A stretch of 64,000 nt of DNA. Source: an uncultured Nitrospinota bacterium (GTDB lineage: Bacteria > Tectomicrobia > Entotheonellia > J063 > CAVPRW01). Below are positions 21,580 to 33,422 of the stretch, one piece after another. The DNA is taken from positions 1 through 64,000 of the forward strand of contig CAVPRW010000021.1 of assembly GCA_963707985.1 (NCBI GenBank), read 5' to 3'. Numbering within the stretch: the stretch's first letter is position 1; every line of letters starts with the position of its first letter. Both the position numbers and the translations under genes were made by a program. A model generated the notes under the pieces. The model ran no database searches and was not told the origin of the DNA. It was given only the letters and a program-made list of their open reading frames with translations.

Positions 21580-22734
21580 CTAGACAAAGGCCCGAATGCC
21601 CAGATCGTGAGAGGCAATCAAGAGTTTTTGGATCTGCGAGGTGCCTTCGTAGATTGTGGCGACTTTCGCATCCCGAAGATAGCGTTCGACGGGATATTCG
21701 TTGGAGTATCCATAAGACCCATGCACCTGAATAGCGTCGAGAGCACAGCGCACCGCCGCTTCCGACGCAAAATACTTGGCCATGGAGATCTCCCGCGTAC
21801 ACCGTCGCCCCTGATTCTTCAGGTGGCCGGCACGAAAGACCAGCAGGCGCGCGGCTTCGGTATCGACGATCATCCGGGCAATCAGATCCTGGACTAACTG
21901 GAAACTTCCAATGGCACGACCGAACTGTTTGCGTTCCTTGGCGTACCGGACTGACGCATCCGCGCACCCCTGGCAGATACCGACGCACCCAGCCGCGACG
22001 CTGTAGCGACCATTGTCCAGGGCGGACATAGCGACTTTAAAGCCCTCACCCACTTGGCCCAGCACCTGATCCTTGGGGATACGACAGTCTTCGAGGATGA
22101 GTTCGCCAGTATTGGAGGCGCGCAGACCAAGCTTACCGTGCATATCGCGGGTAGAGAACCCCGGGGTATCGCGATCAACGAGAAAGGCACCGATCCCACG
22201 ACTGCCCTTGCTCTTGTCGGTTTGGGCGAAGACTATGGCAAGGCCGGCCACCCCGCCGTTGGAAATCCAGATCTTATGCCCATTGAGTACCCAATGATCA
22301 CCATCGGCAACAGCGCTCGTCTCCATGCCGGAGGGGTCGCTCCCCGCATTGGGCTCGGTCAAGCCAAAGCAGCCGATGAGCTTGCCGCGACACAGGGCCG
22401 GCAGATAGCGGCGTTTCTGGTCCTCGGACCCCCAACTGGCCAACGATAGCTCAACCAGGGAGATCTGCACCGAGATCGTCGTCCGCACCGAGGAGCACGC
22501 TTTGCCTATTTCCTCGGTCACCAGCGCCTGGCTGATGTAATCGAGCCCAGCCCCACCGTACTCCACCGGAACCGGGCCCCCGAGCAACCCGAGCTCTCCC
22601 ATTTTCTCGATGATATCGCCGGGAAAACGTTCGTTGATGTCGTTATCGCGGGCCACTGGGACGATGTATTCGTCGGCAAATTTCCGTGCCATCTCTCGCA
22701 CGGCGCGTTGTTCATCAGTAAAGTCGAGGTACAT
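21580..22734 (-). CDS. Acyl-CoA dehydrogenase
   Basis: FGLTEPNAGSD, LNGHKIWISNG, RKQFGR, HGSYGYS, IYEGTSQI. Confidence 0.93.
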   Translation of the reverse strand: MYLDFTDEQRAVREMARKFADEYIVPVARDNDINERFPGDIIEKMGELGLLGGPVPVEYGGAGLDYISQALVTEEIGKACSSVRTTISVQISLVELSLASWGSEDQKRRYLPALCRGKLIGCFGLTEPNAGSDPSGMETSAVADGDHWVLNGHKIWISNGGVAGLAIVFAQTDKSKGSRGIGAFLVDRDTPGFSTRDMHGKLGLRASNTGELILEDCRIPKDQVLGQVGEGFKVAMSALDNGRYSVAAGCVGICQGCADASVRYAKERKQFGRAIGSFQLVQDLIARMIVDTEAARLLVFRAGHLKNQGRRCTREISMAKYFASEAAVRCALDAIQVHGSYGYSNEYPVERYLRDAKVATIYEGTSQIQKLLIASHDLGIRAFV

Positions 22735-22760
22735 GCCTCATTCTCCGCATAGTGCAGTTT

Positions 22761-23949
22761 TCACTCGGCGCACATGAGCACGGCACATTTCAAATACGCC
22801 GACTCACTCAACGGCAGCAGAATCGGATGATCCCGTGCTTGCGAGCGCATTTCCAGCAGCACCACAGTCCGCCGTGCCGCTCGCGCGGCACGGCTGAGCG
22901 TGGTGCGAAATGTGTCGGGGTCGACATGATACGAACAGGAACACGTAATCAGGTATCCACCCGGTTTGATGAGGCGCATGGCCCGTCGATTGATCTCCCA
23001 GTAGCCCTCCAACCCCTCCCGCACTTTGCTGCGGCTTTTGACAAAGGCTGGAGGATCAAGAATGATGCAATCAAAGCGTTCGTGCCGCGTATCCGCTTCC
23101 TTCAGAAAGTCGAAGACATTCGAAGCCATGAATTGGCAGACCTGATCGAGCCCATTGTCTTTGGCCTGGTCGGTCGCCCAGCGGATCGCTTTGGCCGATT
23201 CGTCAACGGCAATCACGGCCTTCGCACCTGCACGCGCCGCGTGCAAGGCCCACGCACCCGTATAGCAGAAGGCGTCGAGCACACGCTCACCCGTCAACAA
23301 TGGCTGGAGGGTGCAGCGGTTCTCACGCTGGTCGAGATAGAAGCCGGTTTTTTGCCCCTCCCAGGGATCGACGCGAAACCGGATGTCGCCTTCCCACACC
23401 TCGACAGGCGTTTCCAGGCGGCCGCGCAGCACCTTCTTTTCCTGGGGCAGACCTTCGAGGGCGCGGATGCCCACATCATTCCGTGCCACAATGGCGTGTG
23501 GTTGTATCAGGCGCTCGAGGGCCTCGCAAATTGCTTCTATCCGTACTTCCATGCCCAGTGTGAGTGTCTGCAACACCAGATGATCCTGGTAGCGATCGAT
23601 GATGAGGCCAGGGAGGATATCCCCCTCGCTGTACACCAGCCGATAACTCTGCACTCCCGGCAACAGACGCTGCCGGCGCTGCAGGGCGGCAGTCGAGACG
23701 GGAGTAAAAGAAATCGCTGTCGATGACCTCGCGGCGTGGCGATAAGATGCGTACGGTGATGAGGGAGCGCGGGTTGATATAACCTCGCCCCACCAATGTG
23801 CCGCCATGGGTGTAGACGTCGACGAGTGAGCCGGGTTCGTAGGTGCCAAGGTCCGACGCGATCTCGTTGCTGAACACCCAGGGATGGCCCAGCAAAAGCC
23901 GTCTCTCGTGTCCTTTATGTATGTGAAGAGGGGCGACCTGCTGGCTCAT
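22761..23949 (-). CDS. rlmI: RlmI/RlmK-type SAM-dependent rRNA methyltransferase (frameshift near 23705)
   Basis: PUA-like GHPWVFSNE (ORF 23476-23949), then GQKTGFYLDQRENR, LDAFCYTG, ILDPPAF, TCSCS. Confidence 0.85.
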
Positions 23950-24000
23950 GGTACGCTGGTTCCTTCTCTCGCGATCGACAGGGGTGCGAGGCCTGATGGT

Positions 24001-24369
24001 TCAGCGGCGGCCACTGAGCCCGGAAGAGCCGCTCCCGGTGACCTCGATGCCCCGTTGCTTGGCGCTGCCGAGCGGCACGATTTTGGTGATCGGTCCACTA
24101 GCGACGGTGGCAAACCCCTTCAGTTCCAGGACCGATTCTAACACATCATGAAGTTGATTGACGGGGATTCGATCAGCGAAGCGGACGCTGATTTGGCCAC
24201 GCACCCGATCATCCAGGAGAAATACACGCCCGGTTACTTCGCTGACAAATTTGATAAAGACGCGCAGATCCACATTCTCGAAATCGACCGCCACCAGAGG
24301 CGAGTCCGGCGTGGCACCTTGAGCAGGCATACCGATGCTGAAGAACCATGCGATCAGGCAACCGATCAC
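24001..24369 (-). CDS. Stand-alone GspD/secretin N0-like domain protein
   Basis: VDFENVDLRVFIKFVSEVTGRVFLLDDRVRGQISV...VLESVLELKGF...ITKIVP after a hydrophobic leader; stop codon follows directly. Confidence 0.75.
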   Translation of the reverse strand: MIGCLIAWFFSIGMPAQGATPDSPLVAVDFENVDLRVFIKFVSEVTGRVFLLDDRVRGQISVRFADRIPVNQLHDVLESVLELKGFATVASGPITKIVPLGSAKQRGIEVTGSGSSGLSGRR

Positions 24370-24654
24370 CTGTCGACGGCTGGAAAAACGTCGCCGGGCC
24401 TGGCAATTGCTCGTTCTGACACTGCATCATCTGCCCCGCTTGCGCTACTCTACACGCAACCTCAGATCATGGCCATCAAGCATAACACACCCCCATGGAT
24501 TTTCAAGTAATCCTTAGGCTTACGACGTGCAGTCACGAGTCTACTAGGCGACCTATGGCGGTGTGCCCCAACGCTGCGCTCTGATGCTCGCGCGTGGGGC
24601 TGACCGAAGGCTCTGTCCGAGGCAGCTGTGTAAGGCGCTGCAGTGATTCAGCGC

Positions 24655-25069
24655 TTAGGCTCGACGTTCCTTATTCGACCACAGCAAACGCCGCAGAGAC
24701 TGTTGTCGCCAGGCTATGGCCTCGGCATAGGCGGGAAATTCACGCTCACGTTGCCGAAATGCCGCCGAATGAATTTGGTAGCGACCCTTGACACGCACCG
24801 GGGGGATGACATGGTGCAGCAACTCATGGTACACGATGAACTCAACAAACGACCGTGGCACAAAGGCCTGATCCAGGGCAGGGTGGATGCGAATCAATTT
24901 CTCTGCTGGCAAGTAGGCCCCAAAGCGCATGGAGCGTGTCCGCGTACGGCCACTCCAACGCCCCCAACGAATGGTGACGGCCGCACAATCGGGGAAGTAT
25001 CGCGCCACGCAGATCGGCGAGGATCATATCCAGGTCGTGATAACGACCGCAATTGGGCAGAGGAGGCAT
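24655..25069 (-). CDS. SprT/YgjP-like HEXXH metallopeptidase (frameshift near 25005)
   Basis: IRIHPALD...FIVYHELLH...HSAAFRQRE. Confidence 0.75.
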
Positions 25070-25079
25070 CAGAGACTCG

Positions 25080-25890
25080 CTATTTTCCTGTAAACTGCGC
25101 TGGTCGTTTCTCCAGAAAGGCCTGGACCCCCTCCCAGTGGTCTTCCGTCTGGCGGGCGAGTCCCTGGCCCTCGGCTTCAGCCTCCAGCACAGTAGCCAGA
25201 TCGGCGCAGATGCCGAGGTTCATCGTGCGCTTGCATAAGCCAATGGCACGTGTCGGGCCCCGTGCCAAACGCTCCGCGAGCTCGCGCGCCTGTTTCGGGA
25301 GCTCGGCGTCGGGCACGACGCGATTGATCAGGCCCAAGCGTTCGGCCTCATGAGCGTCGATGATATCCCCGGTAAACATCAGCTCTGCGGCTTTATGAAA
25401 CCCCACCAAGCGCGGCAAGAAGAAATGGCCGCCGCAATCCGGGATCAATCCGATGCGTGTGAACACATTGCCGAAGCGCGCGGCATCGGAGGCTAGGACG
25501 ATATCGCAGGCGAGCGCCAGGTTGCACCCCGCTCCGGCGGCAACTCCGTTGACCGCCGCGATGAACGGCTTTTCGACGGTGCGGATGGCGAGAATCAGCG
25601 GATTTAAGGTGCGCCGCAGGCGTTCCGCCTCCGGCTGTGCTTGCATCCGGGGTGACTTCACTCGGTTTGACGCGCTGGCGAGCCTTGAGGTCCGCACCCG
25701 AGCAAAATCCGCGTCCGGCGCCGGTCAGTACCACGGCGCGCACATTGGTATCGTCCTTGACGGTGTCCAACGTTGCCTGCAGCTCCTCAATCATTTGCTG
25801 ATTGATAGCATTGAGCACGGCTGGACGATTGAGCGTAACCGTCGCCACACTCTGGTCGATTTCATACAGGAGGGTTTCGTAGGACATCAT
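25080..25890 (-). CDS. Enoyl-CoA hydratase/isomerase, PaaG-like (frameshift near 25680)
   Basis: TLNRPAVLNA, FCSGADL, KPFIAAVNGVAAGAG, GLIPDCG, FLEKRPAQF. Confidence 0.88.
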
Positions 25891-25999
25891 TTCTCCTTTC
25901 TCCTTGCCAGTTATCCATGTTCTGCAATGATGGAGGACATATTGGTACAGATCGATTCAGATATATATTATGAGAAGGAAGAGCCCGGTGAAGATATCG

Positions 26000-27793
26000 T
26001 CATCTACGCATGGCATACCACTCGGCCTCGGCTTGTGCAAATGTGGGCCCGCGATCGAAGAGCGGGGGAATACTGGGGCGATCCTTACGCAGTTCCTCCG
26101 TGGCGGCCTTGTCGATTTCAAGGGTGATAGGGTCGAGCACCACTGCATAATCTTCCAACGCTCCCCGCATGCTCACGAAGCCGCGCGCCACGTCTTGCTG
26201 CACGAGCCCCGGGTCTCGGCTGAATGGATCGCCCCAGCCGCCGCCGCCACAGGTCATCAGCCGCAGGAGGTCGCCGCGCTTCAGCTGAGTACCGTCGCTT
26301 GTCGGCAGGATGTCGCGCTCCTGTGCCGTGCCTGGATTCAGTAGGATTCTCCCAGGACGCCCAGCGCCTCCACCCGCCACGCCATAGGGCGGGAATTTGC
26401 TATTTTCCATGCGATTGCCCAACTCGGCCGCATCACATAGAACACGTACATCACGGACCACGCCACACCCGCCGCGATACAGCCCCGGTCCCCCCGAATT
26501 CGCCCGGATAGCATATTGCTCGATGCGCAGAGGAAACTCCTTTTCGACATATTCGACCGGGTAATTCTCCTGTGCGATGTAGTAGATGACGTCGATGCCG
26601 TCTGCATAGGGTTTGGCCCCCAGTCCAACCCCAAGCCCTTCGATACAGAGAATCAATTTGCCAGTCACCGGCTCATACGTACGAAAATAGTACAACACAT
26701 AGACTGGGGAATTGGCGGGGACCTGACCGTTGTTGGCTTTGGCCAGCGTGCCAAAAATGCCCGAGACGAGGCGGTAGTGCGTGTGCATCCGCATGCCACA
26801 AGGCGCCGGGAAGCGTGGCTGGAGAAGACTCCCCTCGCGGGTGATCCAAGCATCGAGGTTGCGCAACAAGCCCTCGTTGACATCTAGTGTTGGGTCTAGC
26901 GCTAACAACCAGCGGCCGTATGCCATTTGTACCAGGCCGAGATGGGTCATGTAGTTGATCGGTCCTTGACCCTGTTCATCCGTTTCCGTGGCGTCCAGTT
27001 CGACGCGCGCCCTGTTCCGACGTAATGTTAAGGCCACACGATACGGTCGTCCTGACACGCCATCGGTATCGAGGTAATCCTCAAAATGGTATTCGGCCTC
27101 CGGAATCAATGCGAGAAAGAGCGAGCGGGCCCTGGCGGCAGTCATGTCTAGCACTTCCTCGAAGGCGGCGAGCACCGTCCTCTGGCCATAACGTTCAAAG
27201 AGTTCCAGGACCCGCCTCTCGGCCAGGTGGCAGGAGGCCATCATCGCCTTGGTGTCGCCTTCCACCATATGTGGCAATCGCGAGTTGCGCAGGAATATGC
27301 GGTAGGCTTCCTCGTTCAGCTGGCCCTGGCGATAGATGCGGATAGGGGGCACAAGCATCCCCTCGTGAAAGATCTCGGTGGCCTGTGGCGAGATGCTTCC
27401 GGGTTTGACGCCGCCGATGTCCTGGTAATGACCGTAGGTCACGGTGAACGCTAGCACTCGTCCTTCGTGAAACACCGGCACGGCAAACACCATGTCCTGG
27501 TGATGCTGGACAGCTCCCTTGCTAAGATAGGGATCGTTATACCAGTAAACATCGCCAGGGCGCATGTCGGCGATCGGATACACCTCCAGGACCGGTGTGA
27601 TCATGCCAGGACCACTCTGCGAGAGATGACAGCATACGAGGCGGCCCAGCGTATCGAAAATGCCGACAAAATAGTCCTTTTTCTCTTTAATGAAGGGTGA
27701 CATGGCGCAGCGTTCCATGAGCAGTTCCATCTCCCTGATCGTCGAGGACAGGCTGCCACGGATAATCTCCAGCACCACAGGATTTACCGCCAT
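26000..27793 (-). CDS. Hydantoinase B/oxoprolinase family protein
   Basis: SPFIKEKKD, YNDPY, HHQD, HYQDIGG, EIFHEG, SGGPGLYRGGCG, GGGGWGDPFSRD. Confidence 0.9.
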   Translation of the reverse strand: MAVNPVVLEIIRGSLSSTIREMELLMERCAMSPFIKEKKDYFVGIFDTLGRLVCCHLSQSGPGMITPVLEVYPIADMRPGDVYWYNDPYLSKGAVQHHQDMVFAVPVFHEGRVLAFTVTYGHYQDIGGVKPGSISPQATEIFHEGMLVPPIRIYRQGQLNEEAYRIFLRNSRLPHMVEGDTKAMMASCHLAERRVLELFERYGQRTVLAAFEEVLDMTAARARSLFLALIPEAEYHFEDYLDTDGVSGRPYRVALTLRRNRARVELDATETDEQGQGPINYMTHLGLVQMAYGRWLLALDPTLDVNEGLLRNLDAWITREGSLLQPRFPAPCGMRMHTHYRLVSGIFGTLAKANNGQVPANSPVYVLYYFRTYEPVTGKLILCIEGLGVGLGAKPYADGIDVIYYIAQENYPVEYVEKEFPLRIEQYAIRANSGGPGLYRGGCGVVRDVRVLCDAAELGNRMENSKFPPYGVAGGGAGRPGRILLNPGTAQERDILPTSDGTQLKRGDLLRLMTCGGGGWGDPFSRDPGLVQQDVARGFVSMRGALEDYAVVLDPITLEIDKAATEELRKDRPSIPPLFDRGPTFAQAEAEWYAMRR

Positions 27794-28121
27794 GAGAGGC
27801 TCTCCGGAGTGGTGGCGCGTCCTGGCCCCGAAAACCGGCAGCCAGCCAAAGCTTGGCATCCAGAACGCTACGGTTCTTTTCTGCCCTCTCCCCCAGGAGA
27901 AGGGCATTAAAGGCTAGGATGCAGCAGGCTCTTTCATAGCAAATGGGCAGGGCGGATGTCAAACGAGGAGGAACAAGGGAGACAGATCCGCACCGACATT
28001 GCAGTTTCCCAATGCACCGGCTATCATACTGCCGGATTTTGGCCAGGAGTACCGCGAGGCCTGGATTGGGCCTAACACGCCTGGACTTGGATCGTAACCT
28101 ACACCAGGTCGAAAGGCCGAC

Positions 28122-28799
28122 ATGATTGCTCCACTGATCACACTGTTGAACGTCACTAAACTCTATTCCCAGGGAAACGTCCCGGTCGTGGCCTTGCGCG
28201 ATGTTTCGGTGACAATCGAGGCTGGCGAGTGCGTGGCGATCATGGGGAGCAGTGGTTCCGGGAAGTCGACTTTGTTGAACCTGATCGCCTGCATCGACGT
28301 TCCGACCCACGGTAGCGTCAGCATCGACGGACAGTGCACCAGCCATCTCAGCGATGCCGAATTGACCGTGCTGCGCCGCGACAAGGTTGGGATGATCTTT
28401 CAATTTTTCAATCTTCTCAGCACTCTCACCGCCCGCCAGAATGTGGCATTGCCCATGCTTCTGGCCGGACTCCCACCAAAGCAGGCCTGGCCGCGGGCCG
28501 ACGAGTTACTGGCCCGCGTCGGTCTCAAGGAGCGTACAACGCATCGCCCCTATGAGCTCTCCGGCGGCGAGATGCAACGGGTGGCCATCGCTCGGGCGTT
28601 AGCCAACAATCCTGCCGTGTTGCTGGCGGATGAGCCCACCGGTAATCTGGATTCCCGCACGGGCAGTGAGATCCTGTCGCTGCTGATCATGTACTGCCGG
28701 AGCCAACAGAAAACCATGATTCTAGCGACTCATGATCATGCTGCGGCAGCACGGTCCGACCGCGTACTCCACCTCCGCGATGGTAGCCTAGAACCATGA
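28122..28799 (+). CDS. ABC transporter ATP-binding protein (LolD/MacB-like)
   Basis: [27 protein letters not shown]. Confidence 0.93.
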   Translation: MIAPLITLLNVTKLYSQGNVPVVALRDVSVTIEAGECVAIMGSSGSGKSTLLNLIACIDVPTHGSVSIDGQCTSHLSDAELTVLRRDKVGMIFQFFNLLSTLTARQNVALPMLLAGLPPKQAWPRADELLARVGLKERTTHRPYELSGGEMQRVAIARALANNPAVLLADEPTGNLDSRTGSEILSLLIMYCRSQQKTMILATHDHAAAARSDRVLHLRDGSLEP

Positions 28800-31358
28800 T
28801 GTCGCTGTTGCGGCTGGTAACCCTGCAGTATCTTCGCCAACATCCGCTACGCACCTGCCTCACCATATTGGGAGTGGCCTTCGGGGTGGCCATCTTTGTC
28901 GCCATTCGGGTCACCAATCTCAGTACCATACGCGCCTTTGCCGACACGGTTGACGCGGTCTCGGGGCGCACTCAGCTGCATGTCGTGGGGGGGATCACGA
29001 GCCTGCCTCAGTCCCTCTACCCGCGTGTGCGTTCCATGCCCGGACTGGCGGCAGCGGTGCCGGTGGTGAACGGGTATGCGGTAGCTGAGCCCTGGGAGGA
29101 GGAGCTATTGCTGGTGCTTGGCATCGATGTGTTGCTCGATCCCGATGTGCGCGACTACCACATCGCGGCGGGCTCAGATGACGCCCGCGAGTCGCTGCGT
29201 CAACTCCTGGACCCTGCAACGGTATTCGTGAGCCAAGCCTTTGCACACCGGCACGACCTGCAACTCGGGTCTCAGCTGACCCTACTGACGCCGCGAGGGC
29301 GGGGCGAATACGTCATTCGTGGGCTTCTCGCTGCCGTCGGTCCGGCGCTGGCTCTCGGTGGCAATTTCATCGTCATGGACCTGAACGCGGCTCAACAGGC
29401 CTTTCACAAAGTCGGTGCCCTCGACCGCATCGACCTGGCTCTGCAACCGGGGGTCGCAGTGGAGGCCATGCAAGAAGCCTTGCAAGCCCGACTTGGCCCT
29501 GGGGTGAAGGTCGAGCGCCCTACCTTCCGCAACGCCGCGGTCGAGAAAATGCTCAGATCGTTCCAGGTGAACTTGACGGCACTCAGCATGATTGCGCTCT
29601 TTGTCGGCATGTTCCTGATCTATAACACGCTGTCCTCCGCCGTGGTGGAGCGGCGCAAGGATATCGCCATTTTGCGGGCAGTCGGAGCGGGTCGCGGGGC
29701 GATTGCCAGTGTCTTTCTGGTCGAGGGCCTGGTGCTCGGGGCCGTCGGCACTGGGGTAGGAATTCCACTTGGCGTGTTGCTGTCACGTCTGACGCTGCAT
29801 ATCGTCAGTCAGACCCTGGTGTCCCTTTTTCTCGTGGTCGCCATCCAACGCCTGGTGATCTCGCCAGGTATCATCAGCACCGCCGTGAGCATCGGGTTAG
29901 GGGCCTCCTTGGTGTCCGTGGCCATTCCCATTCGAGACGCGATGCGGGTGCAACCGGTCGACGGCATGGCACTGGCACAGTATCAACGCCAGCCCCGTCG
30001 GAGTCTACTCCGCCTCTTCGCCCCCTGGATTGTCTGGCTCAGTGTTGGGTATGGCCTGACCTGGCTGAAGCCAGTGGGGGATCTGCCGCTGTTCGGTTAC
30101 CTCGCTGCGTTCGCCCTGCTGTGCGGGTTTTCGCTGCTGATGCCGGCGGCCATTCTTGGCTTGACCCAGCTCCTGCGGCCGGTGCTCTTCATGCTGTTTC
30201 GCGCCGAGGGGGAGGTGGCGGCGGAAAATCTCCAAAGTGCCTTGAGCCGCAGTGCGGTGGCCGCTGCCTCGCTGATGACGGGGGTGGCCATGGTGGTGAG
30301 CGTGGCCATTATGATCGCCAGCTTCAAGCGACGGTGTACACGTGGGTGGATCAAACGGTACAGGCCGACCTCATCGTCAGCGCTGCCGACCCGTCATCAG
30401 GCGTGTCGACGGTGCCGCTCCCGATCTCCCTGGCGGACGAGTTGCGCAGCCTCGAAGGGGTGTTGGAGGTTGACGCCCTACGCTCACGGTCAATCCCCTA
30501 TCAGGATCGACAGGTGATCTTGAATATCGCTGATCTTGATGTCTTCGCACGCCACACGGAGTATCCCTTTCTCGAAGGGGATCACGACGCCATCTTTGCG
30601 CGAGGTCATCAGCCAGGATAGCGTCATCGTGTCCGAGAACTTTCGTTACCGTTTCACGTTCGAGCGTGGTGATCACGTCACCCTGCCGACACCTGAAGGG
30701 CCACGATCCTTCCGGGTGGCCGGGGTGAGCATCGACTACTCGTCGGATCAAGGCACCATTGTCATGCATTGGGGAACGTTTCGGAAATACTGGAGCGAAC
30801 AGGTAGTGGACACCATCGGGGTGTTTGTGAAGTCCGGAAGCCCAATCTGAGGCGGTGGCTGCCGAAATAAAGCAACGCTTTGGGCGGACACATCGTGTGT
30901 TTGTCTTCTCCAACCAAACTTTCAAGGAGGAAATCTATCATCTTATCGACCAGAGTTTCGTCATCACCTATGCTCTGGAGATCATTGCCGTCGCGGTGGG
31001 ACTCATGGGTATCGCGACCGCGCTCTATACCTCGGTCCTCGAGCGACGGCGGGAAACTTCGGTGTTGCGGGCGTTGGGGGCATTCCGACGGCAAATTCGG
31101 AAGATCATCATGCTGGAATCCGGCCTCCTGGGATTACTCGGTGTGGGAGTCGGAACCGTTTGTGGCGTGTGCTTGTCGGTCATCTTAGTGTACATCATCA
31201 ATCGTCAAGCATTTGGCTGGACCCTGCGGCTGACATTCCCTGCCTGGACGGTGGTCGTCGACCTCGGTCTCATCTTCCTGACGGCACTGGCAGCAGGCAT
31301 CTGGCCGGCCCATCAGGCTGGGAGGGTTCGCCTGACCGAGACCCTACGCATGGAGTGA
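28796..31358 (+). CDS. Tandem FtsX/MacB-type ABC permease (several frameshifts)
   Basis: Two FtsX repeats (ERRKDIAILRAVGA; ERRRETSVLRALGA) across ORFs 28796-30517, 30121-30621, 30536-30850 and 30855-31358. Confidence 0.85.
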
Positions 31359-31372
31359 ATGGAGTGACCGTC

Positions 31373-32483
31373 ATGCGACGGAGGTTATTCATCGCTGTTC
31401 CCGCCTTGGTGCTGTTGGTTGTGCTCGTTGGAGTCTCGGCAATTGCCACGCTGCGCGGCTATGAGGTGGCCCTGCCCGGACGTGTCTTCAGTTTTCCGCG
31501 TGATCATGCGGCTCACCCGGCCTTTCAGACCGAGTGGTGGTATTATACCGGTCATTTGCGCACCACCGATGGCGAAGACTACGGCTATCAGTTGACGTTT
31601 TTTCAGCGCCGGGTCGACGACAGCAATCTGCTCTCGGGGCCATCGCAATGGTCCCCGCAACATCTCTACATGGCCCACTTCGCGATTTCCGACAAGCCGC
31701 GTAAACGTCTGATTTTCGACGAGAAGATCAATCGATCGAATCTCGGCATCGCCGGCGCCGACGAGGGGCGCTTGCATGTTTGGAATGATGACTGGCGTGC
31801 CGAGGCGCTCGGCCCCTATCAGCATCTGCAAGCGACGACTAGACGACTTCGCCCTCAACTTGATTCTTGTCCCTGAGAAGAGTCCTGTCGTCCATGGCAT
31901 CGATGGCGTGAGCCAGAAGGGAGGGTCGAAGGGTAACGCCTCCCACTACTATTCTTTCACCCGACTCAAGACCGATGGCGTGCTGCGCGTGCGCGGGGTT
32001 GCCAAGGAGGTCACGGGGGTGAGCTGGATGGATCATGAGTTCGGCAGCTCGCAGTTAGAGGCGACGCAAGTCGGCTGGGACTGGTTCAGCGTGCAGCTCG
32101 ATAATCGTACCGAGCTCATGGTCTACCTTCTCCGTCATGAAGATGGGCGGATCGACCCCCATTCCAGTGGCACGCTGGTGCATCCGGATGGACAGATCGA
32201 ACATTTGCGCAGGGAGATGATCGAGGTGGTCGCCCTCGGCCAGTGGACGAGTCCCCGCAGTGGCGCCACCTATCCACAGGGATGGGAGCTGAGGATTCCG
32301 CAGGCTGGGCTTAACCTGCGCATTACGCCAGCCTTCCCGGACCAGGAGCTCGACACCAAGAGCAGTACACGGGTGGTGTATTGGGAAGGTAATGTACGGG
32401 TGGAGGGAAGCCAGGCTGGTCAACGCGTGGGTGGCGCGGGATATGTTGAGCTCGTCGGGTACAAAACAAGAGTCGATCTTTGA
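31373..32483 (+). CDS. AttH/CrtC-like lipocalin-fold protein (frameshift near 31835)
   Basis: FPRDHAAHP..TEWWYYTG, YYSFTRL, WMDHEFGS, GWDWFS, YWEG, GYVELVGY. Confidence 0.88.
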
Positions 32484-32619
32484 GCGAGCCAATGGTGTGT
32501 TCCATGCCCTGCAGCATAACGCCCATAAGCCGTGGTCGTCTTGAGGGGGACGGAGAGCGACGGATCATGATCGCCTCCGCACCAACTCGCGATCTGGTGA
32601 CGCCTACATACGATTGCGC

Positions 32620-32656
32620 TTGACAGCGGTCCACCTTAGTGTATATTAAACACCAA
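32620..32656 (+). promoter_or_regulatory. Sigma70-like promoter overlapped by an NrtR-type operator
   Basis: TTGACA at 32620-32625, TATATT at 32642-32647. 21-bp palindrome TTAGTGT-ATATTAA-ACACCAA (32636-32656) with a GT-N7-AC core. Confidence 0.75.
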
Positions 32657-32703
32657 GCGTGAGTGCATGAGCCAATGGTCATTGAGTCGTACCCAGGGTC
32701 CCT

Positions 32704-33360
32704 ATGCTGATTACCCCGAAAGTCGCCGTCGATGTCATCATCTTTACGGTTCGGGATGAATCGTTACAGGTATTGTTTGTCGAGCTGAAGCCGCCGTTGC
32801 ATTCGGGAATGTGGGCGTTTCCCGGTGGGCTAGTTCCTAGCGGCGAGTCTACTGAGGCAGCCGCGACGCGGTGCCTGTTCGAGACGACCGGTGTCAAAGA
32901 TGTGTATTTAGAACAGTTGTATACGTTCAGTAAGCCCAGTCGCGATCCCCATGGTCACGTCGTCTCGGTGGCCTATGTCGCCTTGGTCAACCGCACGCGC
33001 ATTGACTTCCGGGTGCCGGGGAAATGTGCCAACATCGGGTGGTTTCCGGTCGCCTCGCCGCCGCCGCTGGCGTATGACCATGCGGAAATGTTGGAGTACG
33101 CCCTCCAGCGACTGCGTTGGAAGCTGGAGTATACCAATATCGTGTATAGCCTTCTGCCGCGCGATTTCACCCTGACCGAGTTACAGCGGGTATACGAGAT
33201 CATCCTGGGGCGCCCGCTCGACAAGCGTAATTTCCGTAAGAAAATGCTCAGCCTTGGCATGCTGCAAGTGACGCCTCGGGTCGTCAAGGTCGGGGCGCAT
33301 CGCCCCGCGCGTCTGTACCGCTTTCGGCGCCGAATGCCCATGATCATCGAGGTCATTTAG
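32704..33360 (+). CDS. nrtR: NrtR family regulator (Nudix + wHTH)
   Basis: WAFPGG, degenerate Nudix box, LEQLYTF..RDP, LAYDH, FTLTELQRVYE, LDKRNFRKK, RPARLY. Confidence 0.9.
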   Translation: MLITPKVAVDVIIFTVRDESLQVLFVELKPPLHSGMWAFPGGLVPSGESTEAAATRCLFETTGVKDVYLEQLYTFSKPSRDPHGHVVSVAYVALVNRTRIDFRVPGKCANIGWFPVASPPPLAYDHAEMLEYALQRLRWKLEYTNIVYSLLPRDFTLTELQRVYEIILGRPLDKRNFRKKMLSLGMLQVTPRVVKVGAHRPARLYRFRRRMPMIIEVI

Positions 33361-33422
33361 GACTCGCGGCAGATTTTTTTTCGCTAGACTTCGTGTACAA
33401 TACACACGAATTCGGGAGGAAG

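Noticed and set aside
25978..25990. GAAGAGCCCGGTG, identical to the start of intron 2 domain V
   Set aside because: The following sequence cannot form the domain V hairpin; treated as chance.
27882..27906. Hairpin TGCCCTCTCC...GGAGAAGGGCA
   Set aside because: Single copy between divergent genes with no U tract; cannot be called a terminator, REP or riboswitch.
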